This document shows, one piece after another, positions 1 to 8,283 of a stretch of 64,000 nucleotides of DNA (the first letter of the stretch is position 1; each line of letters starts with the position of its first letter). The stretch comes from an uncultured Candidatus Saccharibacteria bacterium. Lineage in GTDB: Bacteria > Patescibacteriota > Minisyncoccia > Phycocordibacterales > CALRHW01. The position numbers were made by a program, and so were the translations under genes. Below the pieces are notes generated by a model. The model saw nothing but the letters and a program-made list of their open reading frames with translations. It searched no databases and was not told the DNA's origin. Location: assembly GCA_964407105.1 (NCBI GenBank), contig CAYOUG010000004.1, forward strand, positions 6,936-70,935, in the 5' to 3' direction.

Positions 1-208
1 CAAACGCGAAAGTGAGCGAATGATACGTGATGAGGATTATTTTCATCGAGAACTTTATTGGGGTACTTTTTCACGCACCATAATGCTTCCTCAAGAGGTG
101 GAAATAGAAGAAGCAGAAGCTGTAGAAAAACATGGCCTACTTATTATCAAACTCCCGAAGTTAGATAAAACCAAGCAAACAAAACTTCGAGTAAAAAATA
201 ATAGCTAA
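1..208 (+). CDS. Small heat-shock protein (Hsp20/alpha-crystallin family), C-terminal part; the gene starts upstream of the window
   Basis: The frame is open from position 2 with no stop. The translated C-terminus ...YFHRELYWGTFSRTIMLPQEVEIEEAEAVEKHGLLIIKLPKLDK... matches the conserved Hsp20 C-terminal pattern (G.F.R...LP..V......A....GvL.i.lPK). Confidence 0.6.
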   Translation, partial: KRESERMIRDEDYFHRELYWGTFSRTIMLPQEVEIEEAEAVEKHGLLIIKLPKLDKTKQTKLRVKNNS

Positions 209-212
209 AACA

Positions 213-246
213 AAAAAACCGCATCATGTGATGCGGTTTTTTTCTG
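213..246 (+). terminator. Rho-independent terminator after the Hsp20 gene
   Basis: GC-rich inverted repeat ccgcat / atgcgg (219-236) followed by an 8-nt T-run (237-244), directly after the stop at 206-208. Confidence 0.6.
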
Positions 247-320
247 GTGCCGAGGGGCGGACTCGAACCGCCGACCCCATCCTCTTCAGGGACATGCTCT
301 ACCAACTGAGCTACCTCGGC
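245..320 (-). tRNA. tRNA-Phe (anticodon GAA) with encoded CCA
   Basis: The reverse complement reads GCCGAGGTAGCTCAGTTGGTAGAGCATGTCCCTGAAGAGGATGGGGTCGGCGGTTCGAGTCCGCCCCTCGGCACCA. It shows a 7-bp acceptor stem (GCCGAGG/CCTCGGC), D-arm GCTC/GAGC, anticodon loop CTGAAGA (U33, GAA, purine 37), T-arm GGCGG-TTCGAGT-CCGCC and a CCA end. Confidence 0.88.
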
Positions 321-374
321 ATATTGTTTTCAAACTAAACTATTCTTTCACAAACCGATGCATTCTGCCAAGAC

Positions 375-398
375 AGCTACCTCGGCATATTGTTTTCA
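375..398. repeat. 24-bp perfect direct repeat of the tRNA-Phe 5' end plus 12 nt of its upstream flank (copy of 309-332)
   Basis: agctacctcggcatattgttttca occurs at 309-332 (12 nt inside the tRNA 5' acceptor/D region and 12 nt upstream) and again at 375-398. Confidence 0.75.
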
Positions 399-422
399 CA
401 TTATTTTCAAACTTTTTTAAAC

Positions 423-695
423 CTATTTCGGCACAAATAAATTATTTATTTTAATCAAACCGCTATTCACCTTTCCTACACTTTCCTGAAAAGCACCATA
501 TGTAGACCAAAGCTGTTCTAGGTACGGCTGAATATAATAATACGCACCCACAGAAGCCCCAATAAGAATAATCCAATATATGATCCGCGCAACACGAGCC
601 CACCGCTCAATACTGAGCATCTTTCGAAGAATCTTATTGTTTTCTCTTGAAAGGGCAACAGACTCTTCTAGGAGCTGTTTTTCTTGCGGATTCAT
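423..695 (-). CDS. Hypothetical small membrane protein (90 aa)
   Basis: ORF between the two tRNAs with one strongly hydrophobic segment (IIYWIILIGASVGAYYYI). No recognisable family. Confidence 0.4.
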   Translation of the reverse strand: MNPQEKQLLEESVALSRENNKILRKMLSIERWARVARIIYWIILIGASVGAYYYIQPYLEQLWSTYGAFQESVGKVNSGLIKINNLFVPK

Positions 696-771
696 ATGAA
701 GGATTATAGCAGAAAAAGGTCAAAAGACAATAAATACAACGTTTTGTTAACGAAAATTTAGATCTTCAATG

Positions 772-843
772 TGCCACCGGCAGGAATTGAACCTGCAACT
801 ATCCCTTAGGACGGGACTGTTATATCCGTTTAACTACAGCGGC
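772..843 (-). tRNA. tRNA-Arg (anticodon CCT), no encoded CCA
   Basis: The reverse complement reads GCCGCTGTAGTTAAACGGATATAACAGTCCCGTCCTAAGGGATAGTTGCAGGTTCAATTCCTGCCGGTGGCA. It shows an acceptor stem GCCGCTG/CGGTGGC with two G-U pairs, D-stem GTTA/TAAC, anticodon stem GTCCC/GGGAT, loop GTCCTAA (U33, CCT, A37) and T-arm GCAGG-TTCAATT-CCTGC. Confidence 0.75.
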
Positions 844-888
844 AAAACCTTGGCATTATCACCACACCCCATATCCAAGGTTTTTTAT

Positions 889-1128
889 TTAAGCAGGAAG
901 GCCTAGAAGTTGTGCGAGAAGTGGCTTGTTGAAGCCTATCACAAGCTCATCATCAACACGAATGACTGGAACACCCATTTGACCCGTGAGATCAAGCATT
1001 TCTTCTCGCTTTTTTGTATCTTCAGCAACATTAAAATTTTCAAACGGCACATTATTTGCTTGAAAATATTCTTTTGCAAGATTGCAATAATGACACGTTG
1101 GAGTTGAATAAATAGATACTTTTTTCAT
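889..1128 (-). CDS. Glutaredoxin-like protein (NrdH/Grx family, CxxC redox protein)
   Basis: 79 aa with TPTCHYCNLAKEYF active-site motif and GVPVI...G motif typical of the glutaredoxin/NrdH thioredoxin fold. Confidence 0.8.
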   Translation of the reverse strand: MKKVSIYSTPTCHYCNLAKEYFQANNVPFENFNVAEDTKKREEMLDLTGQMGVPVIRVDDELVIGFNKPLLAQLLGLPA

Positions 1129-1221
1129 TAAATTGTGTTTATTATTCGTAAAGTAGGATAATTATACCAACAAAGACAAAAGTGGCAATTGTCGTGTAAT
1201 AAAAAAAATGTTTCTATTAAA

Positions 1222-1614
1222 TTATTCAAATACGGACAAGAAACCAGACCATACTTTTTTTAAAAAACTTTTTTCTTCAATCGGCGCTGGTGGTACTGCA
1301 GACTCGTGCTCTATCAAAAAAACGACTGTTTCCCCCTCTTTTGCAACACTAAATTTTTTCCGAATCTCTTCTTCTGTACCCTTTTCTGTTTTTAAGCGAT
1401 CAATATCTGATACAAGTGCTTTTTGTCGATTTTGTAAATCAACAAGTGTGGCGGAAACACGTTCGAAATCAGCCTGACCTTGTGCTTTGGTACGATACAT
1501 ACTCCACGTGGCGCGCCCCAAAATTATTATCATAAAAAACAATAGAACAACTGTTGTCTTTGAGTATATTATGTTGCGTATTTTACGTTTTTTTTGAAAA
1601 TCTCGCTCAAGCAT
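1222..1614 (-). CDS. FtsB/DivIC-like septum formation initiator (membrane anchor plus coiled coil)
   Basis: N-terminal single TM segment (VVLLFFMIIILG) followed by a heptad-like charged coiled coil (DLQNRQKALVSDIDRLKTEKGTEEEIRKK). Architecture typical of the FtsB/DivIC family. Confidence 0.5.
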   Translation of the reverse strand: MLERDFQKKRKIRNIIYSKTTVVLLFFMIIILGRATWSMYRTKAQGQADFERVSATLVDLQNRQKALVSDIDRLKTEKGTEEEIRKKFSVAKEGETVVFLIEHESAVPPAPIEEKSFLKKVWSGFLSVFE

Positions 1615-1785
1615 GATATGTATAGTATGATATCATTATAGCCATAAAACATATATGTTATTCCACAAAAAAAGCAAAAAAGTGATTGGTATAATTTGGA
1701 TGGTATTGTGCATACTCATCATTATTAGCATGATACTTCTCTACACGCCGTTTTGGAGATAAAAAGGTAAGTTTTGATAATTTGA

Positions 1786-1818
1786 ATAAAAAAAGCAAAA
1801 ATGGTATTTTTGCTTTTT
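1786..1818 (-). terminator. Putative intrinsic terminator of lepA
   Basis: AT-rich hairpin agcaaaaat/atttttgct (1794-1814) flanked by A/T runs, immediately downstream (minus strand) of the lepA stop at 1819. Confidence 0.4.
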
Positions 1819-3606
1819 TTATTCCGACTTCACCATTTTTAAAAACACATCATTTGGAATATTTACTGATCCTCGATCTTTCATTTTCTTCTTTCCTTTT
1901 TTCTGCTTTTCACGAAGTTTCATTTTTCGAGTAATATCACCTCCATACATATGCTGAGTCACGTCTTTTTTCATCGCCGAAAGAGTGCGTGAAGAAATAA
2001 TACGGCCAAGCGCTTTGCCTTGAATTTTTGTGGTAAACATTTGTCGAGGTAAAATATTGAAAAGTTTTTCTACCGCCTGTTCTGCTTCCTGCTCTACCGT
2101 GCGACGAGACGTAACACGCGCAAACGCGGGCACGGCTTCATCTGCCACAAGTATTTCTAGTTTTACAACGTCCGCCGGTCTCATTTCTTTTATCTCATAA
2201 GAAAGTGATGCAAAACCAGAAGAAATACTTTTTATTGTGTCAAAAAAATTCCGCATAAGCTCTCGAAGAGGCATCTCCATATGAATTTGCACACGATTGT
2301 CTCCAAAAGCGTGCGTATCACCCACCACAGCTTCATGTTCGTAAAGCATCTGCATAATTGCTCCGAGATAATCTGATGGGGTTATAATAACAACATTAAC
2401 CCATGGCTCAAGAATGCTTTCTACTAAATGTTCTTCTGGAAATTTTGCCGGTGAATAAATCATTTCTTTTTTTCCGTCTTTGTAAGTAACCTCATAAGTA
2501 ATACTTGGTGTTGTTATTACAAGTTCTAGATTAAATTCTCTACGTAAACGTTCTGAAATAATTTCAAGATGAAGCATTCCCAAAAAACCACAACGAAAAC
2601 CACGACCAAGTGTACCGGAAGATTCTTCTTCATATGTAAATGACGAATCAGAAAGACGGAGTTTGCCAAGAGCTTGTTTTAAAAGAATAAAATCATCTTG
2701 ACTCTCAGGATAAATAGATGACCATACCACTGGACGCGGACTCATATAACCCGAAAGTGCCGGCATTGTGTCGTTTTGTGAGGCAACCGTGTCTCCCACC
2801 GAAGCAATACCCGATTCTTTTATACCCGTGACGATGTATCCAATCTCACCAGCAGAAAGAGATTCTGTTGGCGTTTGTATTGGTGAAAATGTCCCGACCT
2901 CAAGCGCATTAAATGTTCCGCCCGCGATTTTAAATTGAAGTGGACTATTTTTCGCTACAGAACCATTCATAACACGCACATACACCACCACCCCTTTGTG
3001 ATTTGAATATTGGAAATCAAAAACAAGAGAACGAAACGCATTGGATTGTTCTGGAATTTGTGGTGGTGGTATTCGATGAATTACTTCTTGTAAAAGAGCG
3101 TCCACACCATCGCCCGTTTTTCCTGACACTTCAAGAATTTCTTCTGTGGAACAATCAAGTAATTTTGCAACCTCCTCTTTTACTTTTTCGGGTTGTGCTA
3201 GAGGAGAATCAATTTTTGTGATTACTGGAATAATTTTTAAATGTGATTCACGTGCCATACTAAGCGTGGTAAGTGTTTGTGCTTGCACACCCTGGGTGGC
3301 ATCTATGAGCAAAAGTGAACCCTCTACCGCTTTGAGCGCCCGTGATACTTCATATGAAAAATCAATATGTCCGGGAGTATCAATAAGATTTAAAATGTAT
3401 TCTTGTCCATTTAACGTATATTTCATACGTACTGGTTGCATTTTTATGGTAATGCCACGCTCTCGCTCAAGCTCCATAGAATCAAGCACCTGATTCATCA
3501 TTTTGCGCTTTTCTATGGTATGAGTAATTTCAAGCATACGATCAGCAAGTGTTGATTTCCCGTGATCTATATGAGCAATAATAGAAAAATTGCGAATGTG
3601 TTGCAT
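1819..3606 (-). CDS. lepA: Elongation factor 4 (LepA), translational GTPase
   Basis: 595 aa. N-terminal IRNFSIIAHIDHGKSTLADR (G1), DTPGHIDF (G3), and full LepA-specific C-terminal domain including the conserved Lys-rich tail. Confidence 0.95.
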   Translation of the reverse strand: MQHIRNFSIIAHIDHGKSTLADRMLEITHTIEKRKMMNQVLDSMELERERGITIKMQPVRMKYTLNGQEYILNLIDTPGHIDFSYEVSRALKAVEGSLLLIDATQGVQAQTLTTLSMARESHLKIIPVITKIDSPLAQPEKVKEEVAKLLDCSTEEILEVSGKTGDGVDALLQEVIHRIPPPQIPEQSNAFRSLVFDFQYSNHKGVVVYVRVMNGSVAKNSPLQFKIAGGTFNALEVGTFSPIQTPTESLSAGEIGYIVTGIKESGIASVGDTVASQNDTMPALSGYMSPRPVVWSSIYPESQDDFILLKQALGKLRLSDSSFTYEEESSGTLGRGFRCGFLGMLHLEIISERLRREFNLELVITTPSITYEVTYKDGKKEMIYSPAKFPEEHLVESILEPWVNVVIITPSDYLGAIMQMLYEHEAVVGDTHAFGDNRVQIHMEMPLRELMRNFFDTIKSISSGFASLSYEIKEMRPADVVKLEILVADEAVPAFARVTSRRTVEQEAEQAVEKLFNILPRQMFTTKIQGKALGRIISSRTLSAMKKDVTQHMYGGDITRKMKLREKQKKGKKKMKDRGSVNIPNDVFLKMVKSE

Positions 3607-3659
3607 TGCGTTATATTAACAGAAACTAGCCTTTTTTCCAGTTTAAAATATCTTAGAAA

Positions 3660-5339
3660 CTAACTCACCTCCGGATCAGGACCAATGACTTTCGCTTTCC
3701 AAAACTTTCGATGAAGAGCTTTCCACATTTCATCAACCTCTTTATTTTTAAGTAATTTGAGTAACACCACACCACAAAAAATTCCTATAATTCCAGAAAA
3801 AAGACCTTGAAGGAAAATACCAAGTAAAGTATTTATATTAAAAATGTCATCAAAAATATTTAGATATTTATACGCCACAAAGCCCATAATTATTGATGCG
3901 GAAAAACTTTGAAACGCAGTGCCAAGCACCGGCTCAGCAAAAGTTTTAAATTCCCTCTGAAACAAAAACCAATAAATAAGAAAACCAAACCATGAACCCA
4001 AAGAGTATGCCAACGGCAACACAAGTACAATACTTCCCGACAAATCTTCTACTTTAAAAAGTGATTCTATAAAAAACTGAAAAAATTGAATATTTTTAAA
4101 TAAATAAATTAAAAATGCACCACTTATAATCATACAAATCGCAGAAGCAAAATTGACCAACAAAGGAATGCGGGTGTTACCTTTTGAATAATAAGCACGC
4201 GCAAATAAAAGTATGAGAGATTGTGGAATAAGAGAAATGGTAAAAATAGCAAGACATGCGGCGGTGAGTTTTGTATCCGTCCAAGTAAATTGTCCTGACC
4301 CTAAAATTGTTCGAATTATTTGAGCGCGGAGTACGATAAAAAGTGCCATTATCGGCATTGATAAAAAAATCACATGACGAGTGCCAGCAATCATTTGTTC
4401 AATAAATTTTTCTTTTTGACCCGCAACAATGTGTCTGGTGAGAATTGGAAATGCGGCAAGTGAATAACTCACTCCAATAATACTAAGGGGTACAGACTGA
4501 AGATTGCTCGCAAAAGTAAAAACAGAAATCGAACCGGCAGTCATCATGCCCGCAAAAGCCACAAGAGCAAAACGCGCAAGCTCTGGTGCAGAAACACTAA
4601 ATGCACGCGGAATAGAGACGAGCATTACCCTCCACACCTCTTTAAAATGCACACTTAATGTAATGCGTGGCAAAAACCCCTGATTTATAACAAATGGAAT
4701 TTGAATAAGCACATGCAACACGGCACCAGCAATAACTCCCGCAATAAGCCCGCGCACACCATATATCGGCGACAAAAAAACAGCGCCGGCAATAATTCCT
4801 AAATTATAAAGTATTGGACTGAGCGCATAAACAAAAAAACGATTCGCCATTTGCGTAATACTTCCGAGAATACTTGAAATACCAAGCAAAACCGGTGAAA
4901 GTAAAAGGACTCGTGTTAACAAAATAATTTCTGAGGCATTTCCCGCCTCCACAAGATCGGGGAAAAATGACGACACAAGACTTGGCACAAAAAAGAATAC
5001 GACAACACAAACCAAAATAACGAGTCCACAAAAAACCGTAAATAATGAGTTTATAAACTTTCTTGCTTCCTCTTTGTTGTGTTCCGTTTTTTCAATCAAA
5101 AAAGGAATGAGTATCGACATGGAAACAAGTGACGCTACCGTCACAAAGATTAAATCTGGAATACGAAATGAGGCGTAGTAAATATCAAGCTGTTGACCAG
5201 CACCAAAATAATTAGCAAAAAGACGATCTCTCACAAGGGCAAGAAGCTGAGAAAGAATTGCAAAAAAACCAAGCAGATAAGCTGCCTCATGAAGACCTGA
5301 GATTTCTTTATTTAGAAACTGAATAATTTTACTAACCAT
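3660..5339 (-). CDS. murJ: Lipid II flippase MurJ (MviN family)
   Basis: 559 aa polytopic membrane protein. N-terminus LGFFAILSQLLALVRDRLFANYFGAGQQLDIYYASFRIPDLIF matches the MurJ signature (srvlGfvRd...FGag...DafyvAfkiPnl). Confidence 0.85.
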   Translation of the reverse strand: MVSKIIQFLNKEISGLHEAAYLLGFFAILSQLLALVRDRLFANYFGAGQQLDIYYASFRIPDLIFVTVASLVSMSILIPFLIEKTEHNKEEARKFINSLFTVFCGLVILVCVVVFFFVPSLVSSFFPDLVEAGNASEIILLTRVLLLSPVLLGISSILGSITQMANRFFVYALSPILYNLGIIAGAVFLSPIYGVRGLIAGVIAGAVLHVLIQIPFVINQGFLPRITLSVHFKEVWRVMLVSIPRAFSVSAPELARFALVAFAGMMTAGSISVFTFASNLQSVPLSIIGVSYSLAAFPILTRHIVAGQKEKFIEQMIAGTRHVIFLSMPIMALFIVLRAQIIRTILGSGQFTWTDTKLTAACLAIFTISLIPQSLILLFARAYYSKGNTRIPLLVNFASAICMIISGAFLIYLFKNIQFFQFFIESLFKVEDLSGSIVLVLPLAYSLGSWFGFLIYWFLFQREFKTFAEPVLGTAFQSFSASIIMGFVAYKYLNIFDDIFNINTLLGIFLQGLFSGIIGIFCGVVLLKLLKNKEVDEMWKALHRKFWKAKVIGPDPEVS

Positions 5340-5344
5340 ACAAA

Positions 5345-7777
5345 CTATTTTTTCTTTTCTTCAATCGGTAAATCAGCTCGTTTTTCTGGTTTATCGTCTA
5401 CAGGTGGTTCAGCGTTTACAAATGGCGCACGACCCGCATTTAAGTTTTCAAGAATAAGCATAACCTCTGGATTGCCTGGATTTAATGCTAAAATTTCTTC
5501 CATTTGCTTAACGGCGAGCTGTCGTTTGTTTATTTTTTCATAACTCAAACCAAGAAAATACTTTGCATTTGAATATTCTGGCAAAAGCGAAATTGCACGT
5601 TCAAAAGATTTCACTGCACCAACATAATCTTTGTAATTGTATTTGAGTAATCCTAGCTCAAAAAACACACCGACATCATTTGGAGAAATGACAGAAATGT
5701 TTTCAACAGAAGCAATCGCCGACTTTATATCTCCCTGACTCACTTCTATTTTAGATTTTAAGAAAATAGCTTCACTGTAATTTGATTTTTTAGATAACGC
5801 TTGAGCAATATATTCTTTTGCTTTTACAAAATCCTGTTTTGTTGCCTCAAGACGAGCCAAAATAAAGTAAATTTGTGGGTTTGCCGAACTTCTTTTTGAC
5901 GCCTCTTCATATGCATTTTTTGCGTTCTCATAAGCCTGATCCAAACCAAGGGGCATCACCGATTCATAAACCCTACCAAGTGCCACCCAATTTTCATAAT
6001 TTGTATTATTAAATTCAATTGCTTTTTGGGCGCTTACTATTGCATTTCCAAGTATTCTTTGAAATTCTTGCTGCACCGCTTCTGTTACTTCACCGGTAGT
6101 AACAGAAGAAACAATAACACCGAGACGATTGATTTGTAACGCGGAATACTCTCGATAAAACGCATCATTTGCACCATACGTAATGGCTTGTCCAATATTT
6201 TTTTCAGCAAAATCAAGATTACCTCCTGCACGCAAAGTGGATGCACCGCGTTCAAAAAAGTAAGCAGATACCATTTTTTGACTAAAACCATACAAAAACG
6301 CAAGACTCACTATACAGATCAATACAAAAGCAAGAACAAAAACGAAACTTGCCTTTGGGAAAGAGGCGAAAGCAAAAGTTTTAGATTTCAAAACCCCCTG
6401 CATGTGTGCGGTAGCAAAAAACAATCCTGTCATAAAAAACGTAAGCACAATAATTGCTGTGCTCGGAACATAAAATATACACATAATCCAGAAATAAAGG
6501 GAAACAAAAAACGATGTGGTTGAAGCATAACGCACAATACTTCTCTGTTCACGAGTAAAAAGTGATATAAAACCAACATAAACAAAAAGCGCCAAAAAGA
6601 CCAACCACGATAATATACCAAATATTCCTGTGGTCACTAAAAATGTAGGAACAAAACCAATGCCAGAAATAAAATCTAGGTTCCAAAACTGTGTTGTGTT
6701 TATGTCAATTGGTTTAAATTGTTGCCATGCTGTAGAAAAATTGTTTGGGCCTATTCCAAATGCTGGGTTTTCTTTTAGTACATTTTTGGAAATGTTAAAC
6801 GTCGCTGTCCATGATGGGCGCACCTGAATATTAGACGCGCCAAGCATTGAGGAAATTGAATTGCTAAACACACTACCTAAAGGCAATAAAAACATAATGG
6901 AAATAACAAGAACCACTAGTGATCGAATAGATACTTTTCTTGTATTATTTCTTCCTTTTGCAATATGAACAACCTCACCATTTGGACTCGTCTCAATTTT
7001 TTTCTCATAATTCGAAACGCCTTCAATTGAAAAGAAATAAACAAAAAACACCAGAGAAAGACACGCTAACACAATCCAAAGAAGTGAAAAATTGGTGATA
7101 ACCAAAAAACAAATTGCCAACACAAAAATCCCATACATAAACATCTTTAAAACTTTTGAAATCGGCAAAAGTTCTATGGTCATAAGTGAAATAATGAGTG
7201 TAGAACCATACAAAATAGCAAGATCATACCATCCACCCACAGGAGTAGCATCTTGAGTAGTAAACATTCCAAAAGAAAGAAAATTTGGACCAAAAAGAAA
7301 ACGAACGAGATGAAAAAGTGAAACTATTATCACAGAAAATAAAATTGCACCAAAAGCATAAACTAATCTTTTTTCAGATCTAAATAAAAGAGAAACTAAA
7401 AAAGTACAAATTGAAACAATAAACAAAAAACTAAATGTACCAACCTCAAAACCATATCCCATGAATGATCGCGCTGAAGAACTACTAAAAATAGAAGCGA
7501 TCAAAGCAATAAGGGGTATAGAAGCAAGCGCTATGTAAATATAGCTAGTTGGCAACTCAAACTGTCCCCTTTTTAATAAATAAACTATGTAGAGACAAAA
7601 AGAAATAATTACAGTAAAAAATACAAGTGCGACCTTACTAAATTGAAAAGTTATAAAAGCCGATGGAATAAAAAAGAATGAAACACAAGTAAGTAAAATA
7701 AATACGCCCAAAAGTGGTAGTTTTTCCAATGTAAATATCGCTCGAATACCTCTTTTATTAACAGTGTTTTCTTCCAT
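5345..7777 (-). CDS. Polytopic membrane protein with O-antigen-ligase/Wzy_C-like core fused to C-terminal TPR repeats
   Basis: 810 aa. About 12 TM helices with a large periplasmic loop in the Wzy_C position, then about 300 aa of TPR-like repeats (AYENAKNAYEEA..., YFLGLSYEKINKRQLAVKQMEEILALNP). Paralogous to 31645-33843. Confidence 0.6.
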   Translation of the reverse strand: MEENTVNKRGIRAIFTLEKLPLLGVFILLTCVSFFFIPSAFITFQFSKVALVFFTVIISFCLYIVYLLKRGQFELPTSYIYIALASIPLIALIASIFSSSSARSFMGYGFEVGTFSFLFIVSICTFLVSLLFRSEKRLVYAFGAILFSVIIVSLFHLVRFLFGPNFLSFGMFTTQDATPVGGWYDLAILYGSTLIISLMTIELLPISKVLKMFMYGIFVLAICFLVITNFSLLWIVLACLSLVFFVYFFSIEGVSNYEKKIETSPNGEVVHIAKGRNNTRKVSIRSLVVLVISIMFLLPLGSVFSNSISSMLGASNIQVRPSWTATFNISKNVLKENPAFGIGPNNFSTAWQQFKPIDINTTQFWNLDFISGIGFVPTFLVTTGIFGILSWLVFLALFVYVGFISLFTREQRSIVRYASTTSFFVSLYFWIMCIFYVPSTAIIVLTFFMTGLFFATAHMQGVLKSKTFAFASFPKASFVFVLAFVLICIVSLAFLYGFSQKMVSAYFFERGASTLRAGGNLDFAEKNIGQAITYGANDAFYREYSALQINRLGVIVSSVTTGEVTEAVQQEFQRILGNAIVSAQKAIEFNNTNYENWVALGRVYESVMPLGLDQAYENAKNAYEEASKRSSANPQIYFILARLEATKQDFVKAKEYIAQALSKKSNYSEAIFLKSKIEVSQGDIKSAIASVENISVISPNDVGVFFELGLLKYNYKDYVGAVKSFERAISLLPEYSNAKYFLGLSYEKINKRQLAVKQMEEILALNPGNPEVMLILENLNAGRAPFVNAEPPVDDKPEKRADLPIEEKKK

Positions 7778-7865
7778 GGTAAATGTTCGTTATTCTTTTA
7801 TTATTAATCGATAATACTTGCCATTATATAAGATTTTTTGACCCCACTCAACGAACAACTTTTAC

Positions 7866-7895
7866 ACACAAAAACCCGCTTTAGGCGGGTTTTTG
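7866..7895 (-). terminator. Bidirectional intrinsic terminator downstream of rnpB
   Basis: aaaacccgc-tttag-gcgggtttttg; GC stem flanked by A-run and T-run, directly 3' of the rnpB end. Confidence 0.6.
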
Positions 7896-7903
7896 TAATT
7901 TTT

Positions 7904-8248
7904 TTGTCTTGTGTCTATAAGCCGAATTCTGTATCTTTTCAGACGATGATTATTTATCTGTTCTGCTTGTTACCAAGCGAATCAAGCGGCACTCTCTGCT
8001 TTCGCAGAGCACGGCCTTGCATACACGTAAGGATTTAGCCGTTGCAATTTATGTGTTACCACACAAACTTATCCGATTACTCGGATACCGTATTCTTTCG
8101 AAATCCGGCGTCTCTGTTCGCACCTCGCAAGTTACCTTGGACGGGTGTTACCCGCTACGCTCTCCCGCGCGTCCGAAGGCGCGCGGGCTGTATGTTCGGA
8201 CTTTCCTCTATATGCTTTCGCATACAGCAATCATCCAACACAAGACCA
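7904..8248 (-). ncRNA. rnpB: RNase P RNA (bacterial type A)
   Basis: The minus-strand sequence contains the universally conserved P4 region GAGGAAAGTCCGAAC, followed by ...GCCCGCGCGCCTTCGGACGCGCGGGAG...GCGGGTAACACCCGT (cf. E. coli GGGUAACGCCUGGG). The 3' P4 strand ACAGAATTCGGCTTATAG matches E. coli ACAGAACCCGGCUUAUCG. A P1 helix pairs GTCTTGTGT (5' end) with ACACAAGAC (3' end). The region is a GC-rich island in AT-rich DNA. Confidence 0.87.
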
Positions 8249-8283
8249 CAATACTATATCACATTTTAAATTTTATTTCAACC

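Noticed and set aside
910-1477. ORFs 910-1107 (+) and 1208-1477 (+)
   Set aside because: Antisense to the glutaredoxin-like and FtsB-like genes, which have clear family signatures. The + frames have no features.
1819-1930. Lysine-rich C-terminal tail of LepA (KMKLREKQKKGKKKMKDRG...) considered as an unusual extension
   Set aside because: A basic Lys-rich C-terminal segment of this kind is a conserved part of LepA/EF4 (E. coli has an equivalent KQKEGKKRMKQVG tail). Not anomalous.
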